Below, in pieces: positions 19,904 to 29,386 of a stretch of 60,645 bases of DNA. Positions within the stretch are counted from its first letter, which is position 1. Every line of letters starts with the position of its first letter. The position numbers and the translations under genes were made by a program. This DNA is from an uncultured Bacilli bacterium (lineage in GTDB: Bacteria; Bacillota_I; Bacilli_A; RF39; UBA660). The notes under the pieces were generated by a model, which saw only the letters and a list, made by a program, of their open reading frames with translations, did no database searches and was not told the DNA's origin. The DNA is taken from assembly GCA_944329465.1 (NCBI GenBank), contig CALVII010000001.1, positions 1 through 60,645 on the forward strand, given 5' to 3'.

Positions 19904-19956
19904 ATATGAATATTTGTTCACATAAACATATTACAACAAATTAAAAAAGATGTCAA
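19904..19956 (-). promoter_or_regulatory. Sigma-A-type promoter plus candidate ArsR-family operator
   Basis: Minus strand TTGACA (19951-19956), 17-nt spacer, TAATAT (19928-19933). It is followed by the imperfect inverted repeat ATGTGAAcaaataTTCATAT (19904-19923), just upstream of the RBS. Confidence 0.55.
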
Positions 19957-19967
19957 CAATCTAACAT

Positions 19968-20909
19968 CTAAAGCATATTTTTTTTCTTAAGCCAACATGC
20001 TAAAATAAATGAAACGATAAAAGAAACAATAACTATCAAAATAAATGACATATCACTTTCACCCACATTACCTAAAGGCACATTCATTCCTAAAAATGAA
20101 GCTATCATAGTTGGAATTGAAAATACAATCGTAATTCCTGTCAAAAATTTCATGATAACATTCAAATTATTTGAAATAATCGTTCCATAAGCATCAATGG
20201 TTGAAGATAAAATTTCTCTAAAAATTAAACTACTTTCGATACATTGTTTGTTTTCAATAACCGCATCTTCTAATAAAATCTTCTCGTCTTTACTCATTGA
20301 AATAACATTTTCCTTTTGCAATTTTTCAAGTACCATACTATTTGATCTAAGTGAAGTGATAAAATATACAAGTGACTTTTGAATATTTAAAAAATTAAGC
20401 ATTTGTTTATTATTAGTCGAATGATAACTACTTTTTTCTACTTTTTTAATATCCTCATCTAAAACATCCAAAGTATATAAATAAGCACTAGAAGAAGTAA
20501 AAAGTATTTGCATTAAAAATTTAACCCTTTTAGAGGCATCAAAATTTTCCACTTTATTTTGTTTAAATTTATTTAAAAACTCATGTTCAACTAAAGAAAC
20601 CGTTAAAATATAATCACTATCACATAAGATTATTCCAAGCGGATAAGTAACATATTTATTTTTAATACTCTTATCTTTCATAAAAGGTACATCAATTACA
20701 ATCAAAACTCCACCGTCAAATTTTTTAACTCTAGGTAATTCTTTTTCGACTAAAACCTGTAAAATAATAGAAGAGTCAACCCTACAAATTTCAGATACAT
20801 TTTTAATTTCTTCCTTAGTTGGATTAACCAAATCTACCCATGTGTTCTTTTCAAAATTGTTAACTTCACTTAATGTACTATCTAAATTACTTTTAAAAAA
20901 CTTAAGCAT
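19968..20909 (-). CDS. corA: CorA-family divalent cation transporter
   Basis: Two C-terminal TM helices with a GMNVP (GMN) motif. The ATG at 20909 follows GAGGTGG, while the track ORF starts 18 nt upstream. Confidence 0.85.
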   Translation of the reverse strand: MLKFFKSNLDSTLSEVNNFEKNTWVDLVNPTKEEIKNVSEICRVDSSIILQVLVEKELPRVKKFDGGVLIVIDVPFMKDKSIKNKYVTYPLGIILCDSDYILTVSLVEHEFLNKFKQNKVENFDASKRVKFLMQILFTSSSAYLYTLDVLDEDIKKVEKSSYHSTNNKQMLNFLNIQKSLVYFITSLRSNSMVLEKLQKENVISMSKDEKILLEDAVIENKQCIESSLIFREILSSTIDAYGTIISNNLNVIMKFLTGITIVFSIPTMIASFLGMNVPLGNVGESDMSFILIVIVSFIVSFILACWLKKKNML

Positions 20910-21007
20910 CAAAACCACCTCTATCATAATAATATCACGTAAAAATAATAATTGTAAAGAAATTGAAACAAATATTAAATTTTATACTATTTTTTGATAA
21001 AATATAA

Positions 21008-21652
21008 ATGGATGTGAGATTTATGATTAAATATATTAAAAATTATATAAATAATGATATTAAATTTGATAAAAAAACCAAACTAGCTATAATTTGTCTA
21101 ATAATAGTAATCTCCGGAATATTTGGATGGCTTTATGAATTTATTTTTTACTTCTTTAATAGTGGTATGAAACAGTTTTACTATAGAGGAGCAAACTTCT
21201 TACCATGGATAAACATATATGCGATAGGTGCAGTTGTAATTTTTTTACTCACCTATAAAAAAAGAAAACATCCAGTATATATTTTCTTAATAAGTATCAT
21301 AGCAAGCGGAATAATAGAATATATTGGCGGATACTATATGGAACACTTTAACGATGTAAGATGCTGGAACTACGATGAAGAAATATTAAATTTTGGAAAC
21401 ATAAATGGATATGTTTGTCTAAGAAGTGTATTAATCTTTGGTATCATGAGTTTGCTTTTAATGTATTTAATTGTACCATTATGTTTTTATCTAGCAAACA
21501 AATTTAAAAAAACATTTAGAATATTAAGTTATGTATTATGTTTTATATTTCTAACAGACGAATTATATAATTTGGTATTTGCAAATATCTTCTCTCTTCC
21601 AAGAGCATCTTCTATTTATAAAATGTTAGGATTTAAATACTTATACTTTTAA
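21008..21652 (+). CDS. Polytopic membrane protein (same family as 54545-55189; resembles the 'putative ABC-transporter type IV' family)
   Basis: Six predicted TM helices. Pattern shared with the 54545 ORF (aromatic-rich loops, the NF..W.Y and IYAIGAV / VYGFGAV blocks). The family assignment is from memory only. Confidence 0.5.
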   Translation: MDVRFMIKYIKNYINNDIKFDKKTKLAIICLIIVISGIFGWLYEFIFYFFNSGMKQFYYRGANFLPWINIYAIGAVVIFLLTYKKRKHPVYIFLISIIASGIIEYIGGYYMEHFNDVRCWNYDEEILNFGNINGYVCLRSVLIFGIMSLLLMYLIVPLCFYLANKFKKTFRILSYVLCFIFLTDELYNLVFANIFSLPRASSIYKMLGFKYLYF

Positions 21653-21654
21653 AA

Positions 21655-21730
21655 AAATGCACCATATACTCAAAATATTGTGCATTTTTCTGTTTTTTTA
21701 CAAAAAATGCACAATGACTGTGCATTTTCT
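21655..21730 (+). terminator. Tandem hairpin terminators
   Basis: ATGCAC-17 nt-GTGCAT followed by TTTTCTGTTTTTTT. Then a perfect 10-bp stem AAAATGCACA-atgac-TGTGCATTTT (21704-21728). Confidence 0.6.
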
Positions 21731-21935
21731 AAAAATTCATTTAAACTATAATACCAACAAAACACATCCAGTTCTTTTCGACATACTTTTTAAATTTTTC
21801 TTCATTATAATTTTTATCAATTTTTTGGTAACTTTTAGGCAACTATTTTAATAACAAATTTTAAATTTGCAAATAATTTTTTAAGTACAAAACCTCTAAC
21901 TCACTATATATTTTGACATTTTGTCAAAATATATA

Positions 21936-21967
21936 AATAAAATGTAGAACCAATATAATCCTACATT
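21936..21967 (-). terminator. Terminator downstream of tRNA-Thr
   Basis: Minus strand AATGTAGgattatattggttCTACATT followed by TTTATTT. A 31-nt perfect palindrome lies next to it (21905-21935). Confidence 0.5.
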
Positions 21968-22009
21968 AAAAAATATATATAGCTCATAAGTTCGAGCAAA
22001 TTTTTAAAG

Positions 22010-22083
22010 TGGTGCCGCAACGGAGAATCGAACGCCGATTAAAGCCTTACCATGGCCTCGTAATACCTTTATACTATTGCGGC
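22010..22083 (-). tRNA. tRNA-Thr (anticodon GGU)
   Basis: Hand-folded 74-nt cloverleaf with a 7-bp acceptor stem GCCGCAA/TTGCGGC and the anticodon loop AT-GGT-AA. The T-loop is TTCGATT with the G53-C61 pair, and CCA is encoded. There is one C-T mismatch in the T stem and only a 3-bp D stem. Confidence 0.7.
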
Positions 22084-22153
22084 ATATACAAATTATATAA
22101 TATTTATATCCAAAATGCAACTACCTAAAAAATATTATGAAATAATCATAATA

Positions 22154-23227
22154 TTAATGTCTAGATATATTCAAAATAATACCCATAGAAGCCAAAGTAA
22201 TTAACAAACTAGAACCACCATAAGATAAAAATGGCAAAGTAACTCCAGTTACTGGAATTAACCCTATGACAACACTTAAATTTAATACTGCCTGAAAACC
22301 AAGCATAAATATTATTCCAAATGCTAAATATTTTCCAAATAAATCTTCGCATCTCAAAGCAATTTTTATAGCCTCATAAATAATAAATACAAAAAGTCCA
22401 GATACTATAAGCACTCCCATAAAACCAAACTCTTCACTAATAATAGAAAAAATAAAATCTGTTTGCGGTTCTGGTAAATAAAAATGTTTTTGTCTTGATC
22501 CACCAAATCCATATCCAAATAAACCACCAGGTCCTATCGCATATAAAGATTGAATTATTTGAAAGCCGCTTCCTAATGGATCACTCCATGGATTTAAAAA
22601 TGACAAAATTCTCTTTAATCTATAAGGTGCGGCTAGTATTAAACAAACTATACCTATAATACCCAAAATACCTATTTTAAAGAAAAATTTTAAATCCACC
22701 CCACCAACAAATAGTAAACCAATAACTCCCATAACAAGTATAACCCCAGTACCAAAATCAGGTTGAAGCATAATTAACAAAAAAATTATTAAAGTTAAAC
22801 CTAAAATTGGCATTACTCCCCTTTTAATATTACCTATATCTTTTCTATTATTATATAAATATTTACTTGTAAAAATAATCATTGCAAGTTTCATAAATTC
22901 ACTAGGTTGAATACCAAATGAACCAATCCCAAACCAACTTTTACTACCATTTCTTTCCGTTCCTATAAATAAAACTAAAATAATCAAAGTAAAACATACA
23001 AGAAATATTTTATTCGAATATTGATAATATTTTTTGTAATCCACCTTACTTATAAAATACATTAATATAATCCCTATTATCAAAAACAGTCCTTGATTTT
23101 TTACATATTTAAATGGATCATCAAATTTATATTCTGCCCAAATACTAGAAGAAGAATAAACCATAATTAGACCAAACAATGATAAAACTATCACACTTAT
23201 AAATAAACTAATATTAAATTTTTTCAT
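22154..23227 (-). CDS. ftsW: SEDS-family peptidoglycan polymerase FtsW/SpoVE/RodA
   Basis: About 10 TM helices, QPSEFMKLAMII and LPEPQTDFIFSII motifs. The ATG at 23227 (MKKFNISLF) overlaps the mraY stop by 4 nt. The longer track ORF is unlikely. Confidence 0.9.
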   Translation of the reverse strand: MKKFNISLFISVIVLSLFGLIMVYSSSSIWAEYKFDDPFKYVKNQGLFLIIGIILMYFISKVDYKKYYQYSNKIFLVCFTLIILVLFIGTERNGSKSWFGIGSFGIQPSEFMKLAMIIFTSKYLYNNRKDIGNIKRGVMPILGLTLIIFLLIMLQPDFGTGVILVMGVIGLLFVGGVDLKFFFKIGILGIIGIVCLILAAPYRLKRILSFLNPWSDPLGSGFQIIQSLYAIGPGGLFGYGFGGSRQKHFYLPEPQTDFIFSIISEEFGFMGVLIVSGLFVFIIYEAIKIALRCEDLFGKYLAFGIIFMLGFQAVLNLSVVIGLIPVTGVTLPFLSYGGSSLLITLASMGIILNISRH

Positions 23228-24216
23228 AACCACACCCCATATACTAAAGCCACCATCGAAGCAATCAAACCAATAGTCCAAAACAGTTTAACAATATCCG
23301 ACTCTTTCATCCCAAGTTTTTCAAAAGTATGGTGAATTGGCGTCATCGGAAACACCCTTTTTTTAGTTAATTTATAAACCACTATCTGGATAATACAGCT
23401 TAACGTTTCTAAAACAAACACAATCCCAATCAATACTAAAAGTACCTCATGACGAGTCAATATAGCATAAGATCCAATAGTCGCACCTAAAGCAAGTGAA
23501 CCAGTATCACCCATAAAAACCTTAGCTTTATTAGTATTAAAAAGAAGAAAACCAAGTAAAGCACCCACCAAAGTAAAAGCAAATATCGCAATATCTTCAT
23601 AACCTTCGAGCCAGCCTGTATTCCAAGCTATAATTCCAAATGTCAAAAAACAAATAACCGAAAGTCCACCAGCCAGTCCATCTAAACCATCAGTTAAATT
23701 AACAGCATTGCTCGTTGCCACCAAGACAAATAATATAAAAACCCCATAAAGCCATCCGACATCTACTTTAATATTTAAACTGTGAATCCATAGCAAAGGT
23801 TCACTTCCGGATAACATAAATAAATAGAAAAATATAATAGAAACAATTACTTGTAAAGTAAATTTTTGCCCTTTAGTTAATCCTTTATTATTGTGTCTTT
23901 TAATAATTAAATAATCATCGATAAATCCAATTATCCCATAACTTAAAAAAGTAAATATTATAATTATCAAAGTATAAGTAATTTCTATTTTTTTTAAATA
24001 TAAAAAGATTAAGGTGATTAATATTGTCGGAATTATAAAAATAAGCCCGCCCATTGTAGGAGTTCCTTCTTTAGAGCTATGAGCCCTTTGAAGATAAACA
24101 CTTAAACTTTGAGACGCATGAAGTTTTTTTAATATAGGAATAATAATAAGACCACTTAGTGCAGCTAAAATAAATCCTATCATCATTGCCATAACCGATT
24201 TAGTAAGTATCAACAT
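23224..24216 (-). CDS. mraY: Phospho-N-acetylmuramoyl-pentapeptide transferase
   Basis: GFIDDYLIIKR, NAVNLTDGLDGLA and FMGDTGSLALG motifs. Confidence 0.95.
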   Translation of the reverse strand: MLILTKSVMAMMIGFILAALSGLIIIPILKKLHASQSLSVYLQRAHSSKEGTPTMGGLIFIIPTILITLIFLYLKKIEITYTLIIIIFTFLSYGIIGFIDDYLIIKRHNNKGLTKGQKFTLQVIVSIIFFYLFMLSGSEPLLWIHSLNIKVDVGWLYGVFILFVLVATSNAVNLTDGLDGLAGGLSVICFLTFGIIAWNTGWLEGYEDIAIFAFTLVGALLGFLLFNTNKAKVFMGDTGSLALGATIGSYAILTRHEVLLVLIGIVFVLETLSCIIQIVVYKLTKKRVFPMTPIHHTFEKLGMKESDIVKLFWTIGLIASMVALVYGVWL

Positions 24217-24227
24217 TTAATCACCTT

Positions 24228-26132
24228 CTACTGTGTAAATAACCTAACCGTTTTTCCCTCGTCTAATTTCGTGCCGGCATCTGGGGATTGATAAAGAACC
24301 TTTTTTCCATTACCTTCAACCGAAACATCAAACCCTTCTAACTCTTTTTTCGCCTCATCTATACTTTTACCAGCAACATCAGGTACCGTTAAAGTTTTAG
24401 GGTCTGGCCATTTGTATTTTTTATCTTTACCACCCTCACTTCTTTCAATATTTAAAGCTTTAATACAATCCTTTAAAACAGCTTTAGAAATAGGTCCCAC
24501 TGTTGTTCCTCCATACTGAACAGTCCCCTTTGGATTATCGATTGCAATATAAACGACAACCTTTGGATTATCCGCTGGCAAAAACCCTATAAATGACAAA
24601 ATATAATTATTAGATAAATAACGCCCATTTTCAACCTTTTGTGCTGTTCCTGTTTTACCACCTACCCTATATCCATCTATATATGAAGTTCTTCCACTAC
24701 CGTTTGCCACAACATTTTCTAAAGCTTCCCTTACTTTTTTACTAGTCTCTTCACTTATAACCTGCCTTACTTTCTCCGGCTTATTTTCTTTTATAACCGT
24801 ATTTGTCTCTGGTTCATTAATACTTTTAACAATATATGGTTTATATAAAGTACCGCCATTTATAGCCGCACTTACAGCCGTAACTTGCTGAATAGGTGTT
24901 ACTGAAACTCCTTGGCCAAAAGCCGTAGTAGCAAGTTCCACTGGACCAACTTTACTCCTATCAAAAATAATTCCGCTAGCTTCACCATTTAAATCAACAC
25001 CAGTTTTTTTACCAAAACCAAAAGCATTTATATAATCAAACAAAGTATTCTTACCAAGCCTTTGACCTAAAACAACAAATCCTGGGTTACAAGAATTCTC
25101 GACCACCTGCATAAACGTCTCTTTACCATGCCCACCATGTTTCCAACAATGAATTGTCGCATTTTCAACCTTTATACTTCCTTTGTCATAAAAAGTATCT
25201 TTATTTAAATCGACTTTCCCCTCTTCTAATGCCGCCGCTAAAGTAATTATTTTAAAAGTAGAACCAGGTTCATATGTCGCCCATATCGGTAAATTTCTAT
25301 TAATTTCCTCTAAACTATACTTTTGATAATTATTTGGGTCAAAGGTAGGTCTAGCCGATATAGCTAATATCTCACCATTATTAGGATCCATAACTAAACC
25401 AATTGCCCTATCCGGATTATATTTAGTAACCGCATTACTAAGTTCTCTTTCTAAAGAAGTTTGTATCTCATTATTAATAGTTAAAGTTATATTCATACCA
25501 TCTTGTGGCTGTTCATAAACCTCACTTAAAGATAACTTATTACCTTTCGCATCACTAAAATACTTAATAGCTCCATCCTCTCCAGTTAAATACTCATCGT
25601 ATGTCAGCTCTATTCCACTCAACCCCTGATTATCGATACCAACAAATCCTAAAGTATGAGCCATATAACTATCATAAGGATAAACCCTCTTTGATTCTTT
25701 AACTAAATATACACCATCTAATTTTAAATTCTTAATCTTATCAGCCACCTCATAAGATAATCTTCTACCTTCTGGATGCACTCTTTCAATAGATGTTTTT
25801 TTAGAAACATGTTTATACATATCCTCATAATCGACATTTAATATTTCAGCTAATTTAGTCGCCGTTTCTTTTTTATCTTTTATTTGATTTGGAATAACCA
25901 CTAAAGATGTTGTTGTCGCATTATCCGCAAGTACTACACCCGTTCTATCATAAATAAATCCCCTATCAGCTTTAATCGGCAAATTTCTACTCCATAAATC
26001 ACTAGCTTTTTGATTTAATTTTTTATAATCAATTACCTGAATATAAAAAACTCTTAATATTATTACAATAAAAATAAATAAAATAATTAACAATGTTATT
26101 TTCATCCTTTTGTGTATATTTTTAAAGAACAT
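24228..26132 (-). CDS. Class B penicillin-binding protein with one C-terminal PASTA domain (SpoVD/PBP2B-like)
   Basis: N-terminal TM, dimerisation domain, then the transpeptidase motifs STFK, SCN and KTGT. One C-terminal PASTA repeat (TVPDVAGKSIDEAKKEL...). The gene is intact. Confidence 0.9.
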   Translation of the reverse strand: MFFKNIHKRMKITLLIILFIFIVIILRVFYIQVIDYKKLNQKASDLWSRNLPIKADRGFIYDRTGVVLADNATTTSLVVIPNQIKDKKETATKLAEILNVDYEDMYKHVSKKTSIERVHPEGRRLSYEVADKIKNLKLDGVYLVKESKRVYPYDSYMAHTLGFVGIDNQGLSGIELTYDEYLTGEDGAIKYFSDAKGNKLSLSEVYEQPQDGMNITLTINNEIQTSLERELSNAVTKYNPDRAIGLVMDPNNGEILAISARPTFDPNNYQKYSLEEINRNLPIWATYEPGSTFKIITLAAALEEGKVDLNKDTFYDKGSIKVENATIHCWKHGGHGKETFMQVVENSCNPGFVVLGQRLGKNTLFDYINAFGFGKKTGVDLNGEASGIIFDRSKVGPVELATTAFGQGVSVTPIQQVTAVSAAINGGTLYKPYIVKSINEPETNTVIKENKPEKVRQVISEETSKKVREALENVVANGSGRTSYIDGYRVGGKTGTAQKVENGRYLSNNYILSFIGFLPADNPKVVVYIAIDNPKGTVQYGGTTVGPISKAVLKDCIKALNIERSEGGKDKKYKWPDPKTLTVPDVAGKSIDEAKKELEGFDVSVEGNGKKVLYQSPDAGTKLDEGKTVRLFTQ

Positions 26133-26249
26133 ATAATCACCATTTAAATATATGCTTTTGATAAATAAATGTGCACAAAAACTTTCATTTCGCTTGTTTT
26201 AATGGTGCATAAAATATGTGCATTATTTTTCGGCTCTACAATAGAATAT

Positions 26250-26279
26250 ATAAAAAGAAGAAAAATCTAATTCTTCTCC
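26250..26279 (-). terminator. rsgA terminator
   Basis: Minus strand AGAAGAAttagatttTTCTTCT followed by TTTTATAT. Confidence 0.55.
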
Positions 26280-26333
26280 ATAAAATTTCTTAATAATTTA
26301 CTATATTATAGTTTCTAAAAAACTAAATAAAAT

Positions 26334-27461
26334 TTATTTTATATCAGAATTTCTATCTTTTTTTACATTGGTTTTATGATATTCTGGATCTACTTCTTCT
26401 AATATTGTTTCATAATTTTTTCCAAGTACATCACTCATTATTCTTAAATAACTTTCGTAACGCTCTATACTTATTAGTCCACTAGCAACACCTTGTTTAA
26501 CTAGGCATGAATCATAAGGTTCGCTAAAATGAATACAATCCTTATATTTACAGTTACCTCTCCAATTTTCAAACTCAGGAAAATAATCTTGAATTTCAAT
26601 TGGATTAAAAGATGAAACGTCTAAACTTCTTATACCTGGTGTATCTATAATAGAGGAATCTTCTTCCCATACATAATATTTCGAAGTAGTTGTCGTGTGC
26701 CTTCCACGTTTACTTTTATCGCTAACATGTCCTGTTTTTATTTCATCATCACCCATTATAGCATTTGTAAGAGATGATTTTCCAACACCACTATTACCAA
26801 CAAATATTGCCTGTTTATTAATTAATCTATCTTTTAAATCATCAATACCAATATTACTATATGTAGAAGTTTCAATTACATCAATTCCTAAATTTCTATA
26901 TGTATCTAAAATTTCTTCATCCTCATCTGTTTTTAAATCACATTTATTCAAACAAATTATAGCAGGAATATTACTATTTTGAAGAATCATCAAATATCTA
27001 TCAATAAATTTAGGGTGTAATGGAGGTTCCTTCGCAGCAACAACAATTACAGCCAAATCAATATTTGAAGCAATATTTTTTGTTATCCCAACATCATTTA
27101 ATCTCGTGCTATCTTTTTTTGTCCTAGATAATATTGAAGTCCTTTTTAATAAATGATTAATAACATAATCGTCATTTACCTTTACTATATCAACTTTATC
27201 TCCTGGAAAAATAACTTGATTACAAATTAAGTTAACATCTTTTCTTAGTTTTGCTTGTGCGACTTCTCCATTATACAGTATGTAAGCCTCATCATATCTA
27301 ACTTCTATAACAACTCCATAATTATCAGAGTAATCAATAACAAAATTATCTATTGTTTCATTTTTCTTTCCAAAAGTTTTTTCTTTAGCTCTTCGTTTTT
27401 TTTCAATACTTTTCTTTGTTTTAAAACTATCATAAGCATTATAATGTGGCATAGTATACAT
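26334..27461 (-). CDS. rsgA: Ribosome small-subunit-dependent GTPase A (circularly permuted GTPase) with a Lys-rich N-terminal extension
   Basis: Permuted G-motif order NKCDL (G4) then GNSGVGKSSL (G1) then DTPG (G3). C-terminal zinc knuckle CKYKDCIHFSEPYDSC. The approximately 50-aa basic N-terminus is longer than usual. Confidence 0.88.
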   Translation of the reverse strand: MYTMPHYNAYDSFKTKKSIEKKRRAKEKTFGKKNETIDNFVIDYSDNYGVVIEVRYDEAYILYNGEVAQAKLRKDVNLICNQVIFPGDKVDIVKVNDDYVINHLLKRTSILSRTKKDSTRLNDVGITKNIASNIDLAVIVVAAKEPPLHPKFIDRYLMILQNSNIPAIICLNKCDLKTDEDEEILDTYRNLGIDVIETSTYSNIGIDDLKDRLINKQAIFVGNSGVGKSSLTNAIMGDDEIKTGHVSDKSKRGRHTTTTSKYYVWEEDSSIIDTPGIRSLDVSSFNPIEIQDYFPEFENWRGNCKYKDCIHFSEPYDSCLVKQGVASGLISIERYESYLRIMSDVLGKNYETILEEVDPEYHKTNVKKDRNSDIK

Positions 27462-27894
27462 CCTTATATAATTTTTGTTAGTTTTAGTGATTTACTAATA
27501 ATAGTATAACATTATTTTTATTTTTTTGATATTTTAACACCAATAAACACAGGATAAAAGCACGAAATTTCCCCTTTAAATAAAGGAATTACAATATACA
27601 AGGATAAACCATCAATATTTTTCTGTACAAAATTTAATATTCGTTTTAGATATTAAATTGATTGAGCAGTTAATTTTTACATTTATATTTCTTTCTTCAA
27701 CAAAATTTTCATTAAATTTTAAATTTTTATCTTTCATATTTAGTAATTTTAATATAGAATTATTTATAGCACCACAACACCCTCTATTCTGTTATTTTTA
27801 TTCTTCTAAAACATTATAGCAGGTTTGTTATGATGTCTTTTTTTGATATAAAAAAATACTGAAAATTTACTCAGCACCCTTTAATATCGAATAA

Positions 27895-27936
27895 CCTAAA
27901 AAATATGTGAGTTTTCTTCATAGTTCTTCACATATT
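27895..27936 (-). terminator. Terminator downstream of the HAD/Nudix pair
   Basis: Minus strand AATATGTGA-16 nt-TCACATATT followed by TTTTTAGG. Confidence 0.5.
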
Positions 27937-28032
27937 TTACTATATTATAGCACTTGATAAAATTAAATCAAGCAGATTTTGGTTCGTTTTTGGTACGAAT
28001 TTGGACTTTTTTGATACGTTTTGAAAACTTAA

Positions 28033-28815
28033 CTATTTTATCAATGTTTCAAGAAAAAATGCAACTCCATCTTCATCATTACTTTTAGTAATATAATCAG
28101 CATGCTTTTTTAATTGATCAGTCGAGTTTTCAACAGCTACTCCAAAACCAGCAATGTCAATCATAGATATATCATTATTATCATTACCAATTGCTATAGT
28201 ATTTTTAATAGGAATATCCAGGTACTCTGCTAATACTTTTAAAGATTTCCCTTTTGATGAATTAGAACTAATCACACTAAACCATAATTCCTCCTTGTCC
28301 TCTTTTGATGAATCAACAACACATAAATTAGATTTTTGTTCAATCAATGATTTGTATTTTTTAACTAATTCTTTTTCTTTGCTAATAATCATAATTTGTT
28401 TTATCTCTTTTTTTAATAATATATCGACATTATTATCATCTAACAAAATCTGTGAATCATTTCTGGTAAACATTGTTACATATTCAGTATTTTCTGATAC
28501 AAACATAACTCTAAGCCCAATCTTCTTTGTTTCTTGATATATTAATTTACATTCCTCTTTTGGTAAATATGTAGAATAAATATTTTTTTTATTAATATTA
28601 TCATAAATTTCTGTACCATTAGATGATATTAAATATTCATTTAAACCTGCTTCATTTGAAACCTTTAATGTATAATATCTTGGTCTTGCAGTACAAATAA
28701 CAACAGTATTCCCACATTCTACAACCTTTTTTATAATTTTTTTTGTTTTATCAGAGATATTACCATCAGAATGTCTTAATGTACCATCACTATCAATTGC
28801 AATTAAATATTTCAT
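28033..28815 (-). CDS. Cof-type HAD-IIB phosphatase
   Basis: Motif I IAIDSDGTL, motif II ICTARP, motif IV GNDNNDISM. Paralogous to the C-terminal 260 aa of the 36378-37559 product. Confidence 0.85.
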   Translation of the reverse strand: MKYLIAIDSDGTLRHSDGNISDKTKKIIKKVVECGNTVVICTARPRYYTLKVSNEAGLNEYLISSNGTEIYDNINKKNIYSTYLPKEECKLIYQETKKIGLRVMFVSENTEYVTMFTRNDSQILLDDNNVDILLKKEIKQIMIISKEKELVKKYKSLIEQKSNLCVVDSSKEDKEELWFSVISSNSSKGKSLKVLAEYLDIPIKNTIAIGNDNNDISMIDIAGFGVAVENSTDQLKKHADYITKSNDEDGVAFFLETLIK

Positions 28816-28816
28816 A

Positions 28817-29344
28817 TTAATCTTTATCCATATTAATTATTTTGTTATATTCTTTAAAAATGTCTAGCATTTCTTCAACAATTACCTTGTTTATTGGATT
28901 ATCAGGTATACTATCAATTAATACTTGTTCAACATTTTCAATTGGGAAAGTTTTAACAGTAAAATTACCATCTTTTTCCCAATCATCTAATTTTGAATTA
29001 TTCATATCAAATTTAGCATCAGTATTTATAATATAATAATAAATATCATTTTTTCTATTTTTACCAGATCCGTGATAATTTTTACTATAATAAGTAATTT
29101 TTTCAAATGGTTTTAATTTAGCGTCTTTTATTTCTATTCCAGTTTCTTCTTCTATTTCTCTTAATAAACATTCTTCTAAACTTTCGCCATCTTCTAAATG
29201 GCCACCTGGAAACTGATAAGTTTTATGAGAATAGCCTAAAGTTATTTCATTATTGCTATTAATAATCAAACCTTTTGTTCTAGTAACCACCTCATCAATA
29301 TCTTCTAATTTTAAATTATCATAATTATATAATATTTCTTTCAT
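28817..29344 (-). CDS. Nudix hydrolase (canonical box)
   Basis: GGHLEDGESLEECLLREIEEETGI matches Gx5Ex7REUxEExGU. The ATG at 29344 (MKEILYNY) follows GGAGTG. Paralog of the 37603 and 38135 products. Confidence 0.85.
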   Translation of the reverse strand: MKEILYNYDNLKLEDIDEVVTRTKGLIINSNNEITLGYSHKTYQFPGGHLEDGESLEECLLREIEEETGIEIKDAKLKPFEKITYYSKNYHGSGKNRKNDIYYYIINTDAKFDMNNSKLDDWEKDGNFTVKTFPIENVEQVLIDSIPDNPINKVIVEEMLDIFKEYNKIINMDKD

Positions 29345-29386
29345 ACAACTACACTCCATTCTTTAACTAGTTTATATTATATCACA

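Noticed and set aside
21657-21851. Plus-strand 64-aa ORF downstream of the membrane-protein gene
   Set aside because: It starts inside two terminator hairpins, has no RBS, and has an extremely hydrophobic low-complexity translation. It is more likely non-coding spacer.
26133-26249. Sigma-E-type sporulation promoter upstream of the SpoVD-like PBP (CATATATT near 26150) and GTGCA(C/T) repeats
   Set aside because: The -10-like match is weak, no convincing -35 lies at the right spacing, and such strings are frequent in this composition. Insufficient support.
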